Source: a virus | Virus record (IMG/VR): IMGVR_UViG_3300010413_000018 | Span: 76,729-140,728 of that record | Direction: 5' to 3' (one strand) | DNA length: 64,000 bases | Part shown: piece after piece, positions 38,375 to 48,139 of the stretch | Position numbering within the stretch: the stretch's first letter is position 1 | How the letters are laid out: each line of letters begins with the position of its first letter | Notes under the pieces: generated by a model | What the model saw: only the letters and a program-made list of their open reading frames with translations | Told to the model about the DNA's origin: nothing | The model's database searches: none | Program-made: the position numbers and the translations under genes

Positions 38375-39703
38375 TTAGCCGTCCAAGTGAATCTTATAAA
38401 ACCAAGTCATTCCGCGCTTTTCCGTGACGCCGAATGTTACTTGCTTGGGTGATGTACCGAGACCCATACGTTTCAGTACATACTGGTCGTCTGACTTAAA
38501 CGTGCCGTTTGTTATGATTTCCAGGTTTCCAACTTCAAAATTCGTTATGTGGTGGAAATGTCCAAGAATAAAATAACTGAACGGCGCTGACGTCAGCCGG
38601 TTGATAGCATGCTCAGGCGTCATGCCTTCTTCTTTTACCGCGTTGATAATTCCAGAAACCAATTCGCGCTTCATTGATTCAACGGCGTGCATTTTTAGGG
38701 CGCGGTTAGTGATACCGTAAATTGGTGTAGCCAAATATGACGGTATGTGGTCGCCGTGCTGAAGCAGAAAGTAATACCCTTTCACGTCAACGATCTGATA
38801 GTGACTTTGCGTTTCGATATTAAACTCAAGATTGGGAATGTCCTTCAATAGCGCGGAAACATGCCGCATGCTGATGACGTCCCAGTTCGTTGAGTACGCG
38901 GAGTCCCGACCGGCCGGCGAACCGTGGTTGCCGTAAATCACGTGAACGTATACGTGCTCGTAAAAGTTGCAGAACGTCAACAGCATTTTACACACTGCTG
39001 GTGCGAATATTTCGAAGATCTGCTTATCAACTGAGCATTCAAACTCATCCATGTTGACGTTCTTATTGACCTTCTCGCCGTTTACAAGATCGCCTAGCAT
39101 GAAAATGTGTAGCTCGCGAATGGGACGCCGTAAGCTATGGATTTGGCCCAGCTCGATGACCTTTCGCGTGAATATGTCGACGCGTTTAGCAAACACGCGA
39201 CTATTAAACGATTTTGTCAAAACACCTGGATGCGCGTCTGAAAAAAGTGCGACTTGAGATTCATCAGATACCGGCTTAGTTGTGAAGTCAGGTATGTGTA
39301 CCAGTTCTTTGATGTTGGGGATTGAGTGTGTAAATTCAACCTGACGCGAAATAGCTGCCGCGTACAATTCGTCTCGCTTTTGTTTCTTCGGCTTTTCAAA
39401 ATCACGCACCGACATTTCCACCATGATGGTGTCTTGGCGTTTGTTTTTGACCTTGGAGTATTTCAACCCTTTACCGCGCTGAAGGCTTTTTGCAGTGCGT
39501 TGACCAGGGCGCCTAAACGGTAAGTAACCTTTTTGACGCCATGCGTTTAACGCCGCTTTATTTATACCAAACTTCTCAGCGATCTGGGCTTTTGTCTCGG
39601 TGCCCTCCCACATTTCCCGCAATGCTTTCCACTCTACCTCGCTCTTCCCCCAATTCTCTGGAACCTGTCCGTCTTTATGTTCAAGGTTACTTTCTTCAGG
39701 CAT
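38375..39703 (-). CDS. Calcineurin-like metallophosphoesterase with N-terminal HTH
   Basis: SDAH, GDLVNG, GNHG, QHGD and GHFH motifs; KAQIAEKFGINKAALNAW HTH; GGAGG RBS. Confidence 0.88.
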   Translation of the reverse strand: MPEESNLEHKDGQVPENWGKSEVEWKALREMWEGTETKAQIAEKFGINKAALNAWRQKGYLPFRRPGQRTAKSLQRGKGLKYSKVKNKRQDTIMVEMSVRDFEKPKKQKRDELYAAAISRQVEFTHSIPNIKELVHIPDFTTKPVSDESQVALFSDAHPGVLTKSFNSRVFAKRVDIFTRKVIELGQIHSLRRPIRELHIFMLGDLVNGEKVNKNVNMDEFECSVDKQIFEIFAPAVCKMLLTFCNFYEHVYVHVIYGNHGSPAGRDSAYSTNWDVISMRHVSALLKDIPNLEFNIETQSHYQIVDVKGYYFLLQHGDHIPSYLATPIYGITNRALKMHAVESMKRELVSGIINAVKEEGMTPEHAINRLTSAPFSYFILGHFHHITNFEVGNLEIITNGTFKSDDQYVLKRMGLGTSPKQVTFGVTEKRGMTWFYKIHLDG

Positions 39704-39920
39704 TAATCACCTCCGCGCTAAATGGACACACCTATTTACCTAACAGCAGATCTGTCCAACATTCGCGTACATTGTTTTTGGAAAGAGCAAGAAGAACGAT
39801 CGTTGACGAGATCTTCCGGCTCAGTGTATTAGTCATATGAACCTTTTACTAAAAAAGTCGTTCATCTGACAAATTATGCGCCAAAAGGTGCAGCCCGACA
39901 ACTTTTTATCAGCAAATTCC

Positions 39921-40286
39921 CTACAGAAGTAACATTAAAGCTGGAGTAATTTCATGCAAGCGTCGCATTGAAATATTGTAGCAATTGACGTAATGCTTCT
40001 CTTTGAAAAAAGTGCATAAGCAACTAGCGCTTTCTTCAAGCTCTGAAACCGCTTCAAGCGCTTGATCTATGCTGCCCGGCATTAAACGCATACGGCGCTT
40101 AATTCTACTTTCATGAAATTGAAATACACGCCGATCGTACTCATCGAAATCATGCGCGCAGTACAACCAAATAGAATCATAAAGTTGCTTCGCAACAGCA
40201 CAAGTTGCAAGCTTGTAATACTTTTCCGAACCAACTTCAATTTTAATTGGCATCTTTATAAAACGATAGGCCAAGCTCGCTACCAC
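39921..40286 (-). CDS. Hypothetical helical protein (TAxxL-tail group, divergent)
   Basis: C-terminus LHEITPALMLLL. Confidence 0.55.
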   Translation of the reverse strand: MVASLAYRFIKMPIKIEVGSEKYYKLATCAVAKQLYDSIWLYCAHDFDEYDRRVFQFHESRIKRRMRLMPGSIDQALEAVSELEESASCLCTFFKEKHYVNCYNISMRRLHEITPALMLLL

Positions 40287-40334
40287 CTGGCCTATCTATC
40301 CCCAGAAGCAAACTTTATCTCGTTATCACTACAG

Positions 40335-40889
40335 TCACGGTTTTGCCGTGATAGTTACTGCTTTTCCGCTAGCTCGATATACGCGATTCTTTTCGTAGTC
40401 TACTTTTACCGGATAAGGAAATACTGTGACTCGCGTTTCAACGTAGTGCGGTTCAAGCGCGCCTCCAGGTCCTGTACAAATAACCCATGTAGCCGATGTA
40501 TTCTTTGATGAGTATACTCCGTTAGGTTCTGGTTGTTCTATCACTGCTGCTCCAACGTTATGCTCAGCGTAACCGACTTTTAAGGGATTAGTTAAACTGG
40601 TATCGTATGGAAGACCAAAGCCTAGGCTGGGACAGTCAAACTCAATTGTTCCTAACGCGGAACGCCATACTGAATGCGTCGCTACCATTTGATTTCGAAG
40701 ACCATAAAGCTTGATCACAAGTTCGCGTTCCAACGACCAGTCAAACACTGGTATCGGCTGCCGCTTGGAATACTGTTGCATCTGCTGTTCAGCTGTCCGG
40801 CGATCTTTTACTTCTTGATCTTGCTCATGCGCTGGAAAACATGCGGTCAGCGCAAACGCGGATATTAGTATTATGATAAGGTTTTTCAT
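40335..40889 (-). CDS. Lipoprotein
   Basis: MKNLIIILISAFALTAC lipobox; EQPEPNGVY motif; start refined. Confidence 0.8.
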   Translation of the reverse strand: MKNLIIILISAFALTACFPAHEQDQEVKDRRTAEQQMQQYSKRQPIPVFDWSLERELVIKLYGLRNQMVATHSVWRSALGTIEFDCPSLGFGLPYDTSLTNPLKVGYAEHNVGAAVIEQPEPNGVYSSKNTSATWVICTGPGGALEPHYVETRVTVFPYPVKVDYEKNRVYRASGKAVTITAKP

Positions 40890-40890
40890 G

Positions 40891-41208
40891 TTACTTTCTG
40901 CTTTCTGCTGCATCGCGCAGCACTTCAATAGAAGCGCGTTGCGCCTCCAAGGTTGATCGTTCATCGTCACTTATGTTTGGGTTTGATAGTTTGGTGCGGA
41001 TTTGTGCTAGTTGTGCGTCGAACGTGGACAGCTCGGATTCGCGTGCTTCCTTGTACTGGAAACTGTTCTTGTAGATAACGCGCTCAGCCACGGTATGGCC
41101 AAACATACCAACGTATTGGCATGTTCCAACGACAGCTCCCGTCGCTACCAATAGTAGTAAAATCCAAAACCACCAACCGGCGAATAGCCGTTTTTCAGGG
41201 TCAACCAT
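40891..41208 (-). CDS. Membrane-anchored coiled-coil protein
   Basis: N-terminal transmembrane segment, helical C-terminus. Confidence 0.75.
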   Translation of the reverse strand: MVDPEKRLFAGWWFWILLLLVATGAVVGTCQYVGMFGHTVAERVIYKNSFQYKEARESELSTFDAQLAQIRTKLSNPNISDDERSTLEAQRASIEVLRDAAESRK

Positions 41209-41827
41209 TTCGTTTGTCCTTCCTTTGTATTTTGTTTATTAGTTGTAATATATCTCGTGCTTTCAAATTATCTCGAAGCATCGAGCAAAAAAGTTCGCCT
41301 TGTTCAATGGCGTCGTCTAGTGCTACGTGCGTGTGCTTGTGGTTTGGATTAAACCATTCCTTCGGCATTTTCTTTTTTACTGTTTTTCTAAACGTCTTAC
41401 CCAGCACCGCCATAGCGTACGACTTAACGTCAAGAGCAGAAAAGCCAAACGGCGATCCTCCCGTAAACATCACTAGATACCAGTACACGAACATGAAGTC
41501 GTACGTTGCTGGATATCCGACAAAAACCGGTTTACCGCCCAGTTCTTCAACCCATTTACGGTATTCCCGCATTACAATAAGCGGCGCGCGCGTATTCATA
41601 CGGCACGCTTCCCAAGCGCTCGGGTTCTTTTCCCAAAATTCACTCATTGTAACTGGGTCTGCTTCAGCATCCGGTAAAGTGTCAAGGTTGGCGGAATACA
41701 CTGCTAGCAGCTCGCGTTCAGCCGAGTATGCGGCAGAAGCTAAACTCAGCATAGAATTCACACCAGGCAACGGTCCGTCTGATTCTATGTCGGTGCTTAT
41801 GTAAATCTCTTGGTATTTGTCTACCAT
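41201..41827 (-). CDS. DEDDh 3'-5' exonuclease (Rv2179c-like)
   Basis: [18 protein letters not shown] and HVALDDA motifs. Confidence 0.88.
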   Translation of the reverse strand: MVDKYQEIYISTDIESDGPLPGVNSMLSLASAAYSAERELLAVYSANLDTLPDAEADPVTMSEFWEKNPSAWEACRMNTRAPLIVMREYRKWVEELGGKPVFVGYPATYDFMFVYWYLVMFTGGSPFGFSALDVKSYAMAVLGKTFRKTVKKKMPKEWFNPNHKHTHVALDDAIEQGELFCSMLRDNLKARDILQLINKIQRKDKRNG

Positions 41828-42072
41828 TCTTGGTTCTCCACCGGATCGCCGATAATGAGCTTCTTTTTCTTATTGAACCAAGCAACAAAAAATCGTATCG
41901 CTTGGCCTCCCATCTTGTCTACAAACTCATCGGTAAGCTCGACGCGTGCGTACACTTTACGAAAACGATCGTACGCAGTGGCCGACGGAACCACCCAGCG
42001 GCCACTTTTCTTCATCGGTAAAACTACTTTAACCGTAAAGCACTCTTTTACTGCGTACGGCGTTACACTCAT
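41821..42072 (-). CDS. Hypothetical protein
   Basis: Overlapping coupled ORF. Confidence 0.65.
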   Translation of the reverse strand: MSVTPYAVKECFTVKVVLPMKKSGRWVVPSATAYDRFRKVYARVELTDEFVDKMGGQAIRFFVAWFNKKKKLIIGDPVENQEW

Positions 42073-42707
42073 AGCGTAGTAATCCTCTTTTGAATTTCAA
42101 CCTGAGCTGCATGGGGGCTAGCTTCTTTCCAAATTAATGGATTACCGTGTGACGCGAGTACGTCAAAGTTGCCTTGATAAGCGTGAAGTAAACCGTGAAC
42201 GAGCGGTTCACCATGCAGCATTAGGCATTTGCATTGGCTGCTACGAATAGTGATCATCGTCCAGGCCTTACCGTAAAAGCGAGTGTGGCACTTGCTAATA
42301 AACGCGTCTGTCGCATCAACATAGTCCTGGCCGCGAGCGCGTTTTAGCCGGACTTTAAATAAAATATCAAATAACCTATCGTTTATTATATTAACAACAA
42401 TATTGCGCTGTCTCTCCATTAAAGGCCTTAACAGATTTCGCTCATACAGGACGTCGTGAACTACATTGTTGATTTTGCAGCAGTGCTGAGCGACCATCGG
42501 ACCGTTATACGGTAAAAGTCCAACAGTTTCATCAGCCACTACGATCGCTCTCATGTAACGCGCGCCGTTGATCTGTATGGTGGCTCCCCACTTACGACCT
42601 TCCGGAAGTTCTAGATTACCACCAACGTAGATCCAGAGCTTTTTCGAGACCCACCAAAAAATGCAAGCTAAGCTTGCGGTAAAAGCTATGGCAGTAAATG
42701 TGAGCAT
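42069..42707 (-). CDS. Membrane-anchored zincin-like paralogue lacking the catalytic Glu
   Basis: N-terminal TM; GEPLVHGLLHAY...H..P.IW. Confidence 0.65.
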   Translation of the reverse strand: MLTFTAIAFTASLACIFWWVSKKLWIYVGGNLELPEGRKWGATIQINGARYMRAIVVADETVGLLPYNGPMVAQHCCKINNVVHDVLYERNLLRPLMERQRNIVVNIINDRLFDILFKVRLKRARGQDYVDATDAFISKCHTRFYGKAWTMITIRSSQCKCLMLHGEPLVHGLLHAYQGNFDVLASHGNPLIWKEASPHAAQVEIQKRITTL

Positions 42708-42710
42708 GAT

Positions 42711-43346
42711 CTATAAACCTTCGTTGTACGTTTTAGCAAAGTCAAGGATGGCTAGTTTAGCCCGACCTTGTGCGGTTGTTTCAAATCCTCCGGCAGCGAT
42801 CCATACTCGTTTATCTGAATGATCGGTGGAATCTGCAATGTAGTCGTCTAGGTACGCGTGGCAAGCTTCATGAATCAATGGTTCACCGGATAAAATCATA
42901 ATGTCGATGCATTGTTCACGAATAACCGCACGCGGAATTGGAGTGCCCCAAAAATACTTTCCACACCGAGTGATGTAAGCTGCGGCGTGCTTAGCGTACT
43001 CAATATATTTTTTACCCATTGATTGATTGAACTCGTCGTCTGTCAAAAAGTGTACGGCGAATTCCCGGCACTTATTAAAGACATCGGCGTTGTACAGACC
43101 GTCTTCAGTAAATTCAGCGCGTATAGCGACATGTACTTTATGACAAAATCGCGCTAGCTGCCAGCGATCTTTGGTGTAGCGGACGTTTTTACTAATGATA
43201 AGGTGAAGCTTCATTGTCCCTTCGGTGTAAGTGTACCGATCGCCGTCCGGAAACTTAATCTTTCCACCGCGTACGATGAGTATGATGGCGAACACAATAA
43301 GCGCGACGCCGACTAGTGCTAACGTTATTATTGCTCCTATTGGCAT
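42711..43346 (-). CDS. Membrane-anchored putative zinc metallopeptidase (HExxH)
   Basis: N-terminal TM; GEPLIHEACHAY...DHSDKRVW; AGGAGG RBS. Confidence 0.7.
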   Translation of the reverse strand: MPIGAIITLALVGVALIVFAIILIVRGGKIKFPDGDRYTYTEGTMKLHLIISKNVRYTKDRWQLARFCHKVHVAIRAEFTEDGLYNADVFNKCREFAVHFLTDDEFNQSMGKKYIEYAKHAAAYITRCGKYFWGTPIPRAVIREQCIDIMILSGEPLIHEACHAYLDDYIADSTDHSDKRVWIAAGGFETTAQGRAKLAILDFAKTYNEGL

Positions 43347-43546
43347 TGTAACCTCCTAATGGTTTACTTGTTCACTTGGTTAATATTCAAAAGCAAAAAC
43401 TTTATACTTTAAAAGTGAAACGCCTGACAAAAAATCATCAGGCGTCTCGTACGTAATGCGGCTTTTTGTTGGTAGTAATGGCGGGAAGTGATCCCGTTAA
43501 GACTATAGTACTCATATGCTCCATTTTTGCAAATTTTTAGCAAACG

Positions 43547-44185
43547 TTATTGTTGGATCGGGTGAACAAATAATTCTAAGTCAACATCGCCGAGTGCGTT
43601 GGCGTTCCTTACGCGCACAGTGTCAGTGCTACTACCAAACATTAAGCGAATCCCGTACGCCGAGTTAAATGTCGCTTTTCCTACTTTAGAGTAGTAGATA
43701 GTTGAAAATAAGTCGTAAATTAATTTTAAATGTTCCGGATTTAAAATGATTCCGGATTCGTTCAAACTGCACGGCAACGGCGCAATTTCTTCAGAGGGTA
43801 AACGGGCTGCCCAAAACCGTTGAGATGGTGTGGAATACTCGTACACTTTTCCCATTACAGTAAATTGCACATACCGCTCTGTCACCATCACTTGAGTTGG
43901 CAGATCGCACGCTTTACGCAACGCAGGTAAAAGTTTGTGTAAAGACTTTGCTGCAATAGAAAATTCTACTGGTGGAACGTGTGTAGTGCGCACTGTACAA
44001 ATTGCCGTCAAGCGTGAACTATAAGCGGTAGCCTTGATGTATTCATCAGTAGCGTAAACGTATACGCTAGGCGACGACGTAGCTACACTTTTTTTACCGG
44101 CGACCCGCTGTACTTGAAACAAGTCAAATAATTGTTCGGATGACAGCTCAAATTTAACTGGGTAAACTGCAGGCCAATTCATCAC
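43547..44185 (-). CDS. Hypothetical protein, possibly divergent sliding-clamp-like
   Basis: ATAYSSRLTA, FSIAAKSL and ILNPEHL loosely echo beta-clamp motifs. Confidence 0.4.
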   Translation of the reverse strand: MMNWPAVYPVKFELSSEQLFDLFQVQRVAGKKSVATSSPSVYVYATDEYIKATAYSSRLTAICTVRTTHVPPVEFSIAAKSLHKLLPALRKACDLPTQVMVTERYVQFTVMGKVYEYSTPSQRFWAARLPSEEIAPLPCSLNESGIILNPEHLKLIYDLFSTIYYSKVGKATFNSAYGIRLMFGSSTDTVRVRNANALGDVDLELFVHPIQQ

Positions 44186-44415
44186 ATGTCCTTCAGGTAA
44201 AACTTTTCGTCTAAGACCACCGCTTCACCACGATGGCCTGCCAAAGTAGGCGCGTCAGCCGGAAACTTAAGCCGTAATATGATTCTACGCGACGTTTGCT
44301 TAGAGAACCTCTCGGCTGACAAAATGGACTTCCAGGCGCGCACTGGCGGAAGGATGTAACCAACCGCCAGGAACTTCGCCAATTTTTTACGTGTTGTGAC
44401 GTGGTACACTACCAT
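44182..44415 (-). CDS. Hypothetical protein
   Basis: VYHVTT N-terminus; coupled ORF. Confidence 0.65.
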   Translation of the reverse strand: MVVYHVTTRKKLAKFLAVGYILPPVRAWKSILSAERFSKQTSRRIILRLKFPADAPTLAGHRGEAVVLDEKFYLKDM

Positions 44416-45102
44416 TTACTGCCACCGCTTCATAACGGACGGCTCGCCGTGCATTGACCAAACTTCGCCTTTGGGTCCAACGAGATCCATGGCTATTTTG
44501 ACGCCTAGTTCGCGCGCCACATCAACCGGATATTCCGCCTTACCCATGTACGCAACTCTACGAGTGTTGAAAGGCTGGTCGCCAGTGTCATACCGGCCGG
44601 TATATATGCGAACGCGTGCTACATAACCAGTGGTTTTGTTGATGATTTCGTTGCGTACAATCACAACTTCCGCCGTTTCAGACGGAGACACTGCTTTTTG
44701 GTATGAAACACAGAGATCGCGCGCGGTAGCTAGCGTCGCCCCAGTGCGTTCGCGGTACATTCTGATCGCCTTGATTACCGCGTTGTTTTTGATAGTTTTC
44801 TTTTCTTCTTCGGTCAAACCAAACTTGTCGCGGCAGCGATCACACACGCACTTTGAAATTGACAGGCCATGTCCAGTGCGCTCGCGGTACGATTTGATCG
44901 CGGCTACATGCCGGCCGCCTTCGATAAGTTTGCGCTCTTCTTCAGTGACAGCTGGTGGATTCAAGTAATCCATTACGACTGCGAGCGCGGTTTCCCGGCC
45001 AACGCCAACGCGATCTTCATATGCTCCGATCGCGGCTTGTGCTTTTTCTTCAGCCAGTAGGTCTTTTTCGTTTTGGTTTAGTGCTACTCGATACTCTTCC
45101 AT
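44416..45102 (-). CDS. Protein with two ribosomal bL12 C-terminal-like repeats
   Basis: VAAIKSYRERTGHGLSISK and IKAIRMYRERTGATLATAR; GGAGG RBS. Confidence 0.7.
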   Translation of the reverse strand: MEEYRVALNQNEKDLLAEEKAQAAIGAYEDRVGVGRETALAVVMDYLNPPAVTEEERKLIEGGRHVAAIKSYRERTGHGLSISKCVCDRCRDKFGLTEEEKKTIKNNAVIKAIRMYRERTGATLATARDLCVSYQKAVSPSETAEVVIVRNEIINKTTGYVARVRIYTGRYDTGDQPFNTRRVAYMGKAEYPVDVARELGVKIAMDLVGPKGEVWSMHGEPSVMKRWQ

Positions 45103-45164
45103 GTTGTCCCTCCAAACGTAAATAAAGTGTTGTTTCTTTTCCTTAGCGCTTAGTAAACAAAAAT

Positions 45165-45395
45165 TTATTTTCTTTGCTTAGGCGGTTCCCAGTCTTCACA
45201 CATCAACCGGGCAACGTACTGCTTGCTGTGCTTGAAGCAGCGTATTACCGAGTTTTTAGGTAATACGTACATTAGCCTACAAGAAAAGCATGTTTTATGC
45301 TTCGGATTGTGGCTGCAGCCTTCTTCGTGCTCAACCGCGCTACGCGGATCATCAAACTCTTTACCGCAAAAGCCGCATCGATAAATTGTGATCAC
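45165..45395 (-). CDS. Small zinc-finger protein
   Basis: YRCGFCGKEF...HEEGC..NP; CFSC. Confidence 0.7.
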   Translation of the reverse strand: MITIYRCGFCGKEFDDPRSAVEHEEGCSHNPKHKTCFSCRLMYVLPKNSVIRCFKHSKQYVARLMCEDWEPPKQRK

Positions 45396-45619
45396 TTCAG
45401 CTCTCCTTTACCGTACTTCTCCCACCAGTCCGGGCTCGTTTCACGTAACGCGAGTAGGTCGCTTTCAGTTACGTTGACGCGGATTCGCCAGTACTTATTA
45501 CCTTCGCCATCAAGGATTTTCCAATCGATAGCCGTGCCCATTAAAGTGGCTTGGCCTTCGCTCAACAGTTCTTCAATTTGATCTTGGGAAAGCGGTTTTT
45601 GTTGATATTTGTCACGCAT
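45392..45619 (-). CDS. Hypothetical protein (predicted leaderless)
   Basis: ATG 7 nt downstream of the -10 of the conserved promoter. Confidence 0.65.
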   Translation of the reverse strand: MRDKYQQKPLSQDQIEELLSEGQATLMGTAIDWKILDGEGNKYWRIRVNVTESDLLALRETSPDWWEKYGKGELK

Positions 45620-45626
45620 AAGATTC

Positions 45627-45673
45627 AGTATAACGGAAACCGGTAAGAATGCAAATAAAAAGTAAACGTGCAA
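45627..45673 (-). promoter_or_regulatory. Conserved promoter, copy 1
   Basis: TTGCA-cgt-TTACTTTTTATTTGCA-N17-TATACT. Confidence 0.8.
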
Positions 45674-45678
45674 GTAAA

Positions 45679-45864
45679 CTACTGTAAACTACGCTTCAAT
45701 TTAAAAATATTCGCATCAGAAACATATCCTTGCTCAGTAGCTAACAACGCATAGGCTACAGCTAATTCTTCATCAACTTGACCAGTGTTTCCGCACAACG
45801 CACAAGTTCTTCCAAAATCTGCGTGTTTACTTAACCATTCACACTCTGGACACTTTACTTGCAT
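45679..45864 (-). CDS. Zinc-knuckle variable-loop family member
   Basis: CPEC-12aa-CALCGNTGQVDEELAVAYALL. Confidence 0.8.
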   Translation of the reverse strand: MQVKCPECEWLSKHADFGRTCALCGNTGQVDEELAVAYALLATEQGYVSDANIFKLKRSLQ

Positions 45865-46695
45865 TTACAGTTTTCTGTATTCCGGCTCAAACTCAGCAAG
45901 ACGCGCGCGCATGATCGTCACCGCATCCGGATTGTTATCCACCATCACAAACTGGCGTCCAAGCCGGCCGGCTGCTTCACCGAATGAACCACTGCCGGCA
46001 AAGAAGTCGAGCAGCAGTTCGCCGGGATTGGAGTGCACTTTGACGATTCTGTTCAATATTCCCAACGGTTTCTGGGTAGCGTAACCGGTTTTCTCTTTGC
46101 CGTTAGTAGCTACGATCGTGTGCCACCAACAGTCGGTCAGCGTCTTACCGCGCGCGGCTTTTTCCGGGCCAACCATTTCCGGAGCCATGTACGGTATGCG
46201 CTCAATCTCGTTATAATGGAACGTGTATGAGCGCGGATTCTTGGCATACCAAAGGATTGTGTCATGCTTCGCCGACCAACGTGTCTTTGAGCGTGCGCCG
46301 TAGTCGTAAGCCCAAACTATTTCGTTGATGAAGGACGGCCGGCCGAAGATTTCGTCCAGCATGATCTTACAGTAGTGCACTTCGCGATAGTCCATGTGAA
46401 GAAATAAGCTTCCAGTCGGTTTCAAAACTCGGAACGCTTCCGCTAAGCGCACCCGAATAAACGCGTGGAAGTTGAAGAACGTGTCGTTGTAACCTACACT
46501 CGGCCGTTTTTTCGTTTTGTAGCGGCGCCCTCCGAAACCTATACGATCGCCTTGAGCGTCTTTTTCCACCGCGATCCGGTTACGTTGCTGCTTCTTACCG
46601 GTGTTGAACGGTGGATCAACGTAAATCAAATCCACCGATCCGTCCGGCAGTGACTTTAAAAAACGTAAGTTATCGCCGAGCACAATCGCGTTCAT
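45865..46695 (-). CDS. DNA amino-methyltransferase (m6A/m4C, beta class)
   Basis: DPPF motif IV before DFFAGSG motif I; YATQKP. Confidence 0.93.
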   Translation of the reverse strand: MNAIVLGDNLRFLKSLPDGSVDLIYVDPPFNTGKKQQRNRIAVEKDAQGDRIGFGGRRYKTKKRPSVGYNDTFFNFHAFIRVRLAEAFRVLKPTGSLFLHMDYREVHYCKIMLDEIFGRPSFINEIVWAYDYGARSKTRWSAKHDTILWYAKNPRSYTFHYNEIERIPYMAPEMVGPEKAARGKTLTDCWWHTIVATNGKEKTGYATQKPLGILNRIVKVHSNPGELLLDFFAGSGSFGEAAGRLGRQFVMVDNNPDAVTIMRARLAEFEPEYRKL

Positions 46696-46958
46696 TATTC
46701 ACCTGGACGTCGTGAAGTTGGATCATTGCGTGGGCCACCGCGATCAGAGTTAGCACGTTGTTTTTTATTTTCAACAATGCACTCAAGTTGCGCTTCGTCA
46801 AACCATTGCGCTTCTATTGGTTTTCCTTCATGCAGGCCTTTAGGTTGTACTCCATAACGATTGCAGCCGTACAACCAGTGTGTAACAGCTATGACAATCC
46901 CTTCAAACCCACTTAAAGTGTCTTTAACATGGCTACCTAATTTAATTTCTGCCGACAC
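46695..46958 (-). CDS. Conserved phage hypothetical protein (SH3-like)
   Basis: LGSHVKDTLSGFEG...WLYGC...WFDE. Confidence 0.75.
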   Translation of the reverse strand: MSAEIKLGSHVKDTLSGFEGIVIAVTHWLYGCNRYGVQPKGLHEGKPIEAQWFDEAQLECIVENKKQRANSDRGGPRNDPTSRRPGE

Positions 46959-46991
46959 AGTTAGTATTTTCCTTTCTGTTTGATAGGCGGT

Positions 46992-47213
46992 TCAGTGACT
47001 GTATTCACACCCGTCGCAGGATGATTTACAGCACGCTTGCTTTTCCATGATCGGCGCTGAGCATAAGCCGAGCTTCATAGGTTTTTCACAAATAATTTCT
47101 TGAATTCGAGGCAATACTGTTGGATCGCCAGGTTCCGCGAAGTACACTAAACGTGAAATGGCTTCGAGTTTTGCTTTATCTGTTCGCATTACAAAGATCC
47201 TTCGACCGGACAC
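46992..47213 (-). CDS. Hypothetical protein with Cys-rich C-terminus
   Basis: CCKSSCDGC; probable start MRTDK. Confidence 0.55.
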   Translation of the reverse strand: MSGRRIFVMRTDKAKLEAISRLVYFAEPGDPTVLPRIQEIICEKPMKLGLCSAPIMEKQACCKSSCDGCEYSH

Positions 47214-47509
47214 GTATCTGTGTACCGCTGTTCGAGCATAGCGGTGTACGCTTCAACGCGCGCGGTATGCAAGCCTAGCTCAATGCAGTAAAGGTCGTAC
47301 ACCGCGCCTTCGTTAGCAGGGTCGCAGTAGTAAGTACGCTGTTGCCGTGCGGCCAGCAACACGTTGTACCATTCAACGTACTCATTGTACGCGGCTTGTT
47401 TGTCGCCTGGAATGCAGATCGGTTCTTTGTACGGAATTCCGCCGTACGTAATGCTGGATCCGCAACCTATCAGCAACGCAAATAAAAGTATCCACAACCA
47501 ATGTTTCAT
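47189..47509 (-). CDS. Lipoprotein
   Basis: MKHWLWILLFALLIGC lipobox; GGAGG RBS. Confidence 0.75.
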   Translation of the reverse strand: MKHWLWILLFALLIGCGSSITYGGIPYKEPICIPGDKQAAYNEYVEWYNVLLAARQQRTYYCDPANEGAVYDLYCIELGLHTARVEAYTAMLEQRYTDTCPVEGSL

Positions 47510-47536
47510 CGTAACCTCCGTTACTTGGTTAATGCT

Positions 47537-47758
47537 CTATTCGTTTTTATTTGAAGCGCAATCTTCCCAATCAATAGAGTGAAGTTCGTTTGATTCTGCA
47601 GCAGACAGATAACCTTGTGAGTTTTGTAAGAGTTGATAAGCAGCAGCCTTTTCCGGTGTAACGCCTTTACCGAAACAGGTGCCGCAAATGTTGTGTGGCT
47701 TTTTTGCATCCGGATGGAACCCGCAATACGAGCACGGCACGTACTTAGGCTTCTTCAT
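47537..47758 (-). CDS. Zinc-knuckle variable-loop family member
   Basis: CSYC-12aa-CGTCFGKGVTPEKAAAYQLL. Confidence 0.8.
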   Translation of the reverse strand: MKKPKYVPCSYCGFHPDAKKPHNICGTCFGKGVTPEKAAAYQLLQNSQGYLSAAESNELHSIDWEDCASNKNE

Positions 47759-47889
47759 ATCAGTGTCATCAGCTTGAAGACAAAATGTTTAAAAAACATT
47801 CCGAATAATGTGATCACAATAATGGCGAACATTAAAGCCGGCCACCTACTGTGCTCGTCTTCGTATCTGTGGTTTGATTCGTCACTCAC
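47755..47889 (-). CDS. 44-aa membrane peptide (not in ORF track)
   Basis: Hand translation MSDESNHRYEDEHSRWPALMFAIIVITLFGMFFKHFVFKLMTLI; overlaps both neighbours in coupled fashion. Confidence 0.55.
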   Translation of the reverse strand: MSDESNHRYEDEHSRWPALMFAIIVITLFGMFFKHFVFKLMTLI

Positions 47890-48139
47890 AGGAACCCTCC
47901 AAACGTTTGATGCTGGCTTCAAAGGTGTCTACCTTTTTTCCTAAACGCACGAACTTTCCAGCGGTAGTTCTGATAGCCGGATTGCGTGCTATTACAGAAA
48001 CGTCGCGCGCTCCTGTTAATAGCTTATTAAACAAAATGCGCATAGCTTTCACTTCATCAATGGTGAACGTAGTGGCTAAACCGGTTAGGCGTTGATTCAT
48101 GTTTCTCCTAGTACCATAAAAATGGTGATATTTCGACAA
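47882..48139 (-). CDS. Hypothetical protein
   Basis: AGGAG RBS before internal MNQR start. Confidence 0.65.
   Translation of the reverse strand: MSKYHHFYGTRRNMNQRLTGLATTFTIDEVKAMRILFNKLLTGARDVSVIARNPAIRTTAGKFVRLGKKVDTFEASIKRLEGSCE

Noticed and set aside
40335-41208. Spanin pair (TM protein plus lipoprotein)
   Set aside because: The topology fits, but there is no adjacent endolysin or holin, the location is in the accessory region and the lipoprotein looks globular; left as unknown.
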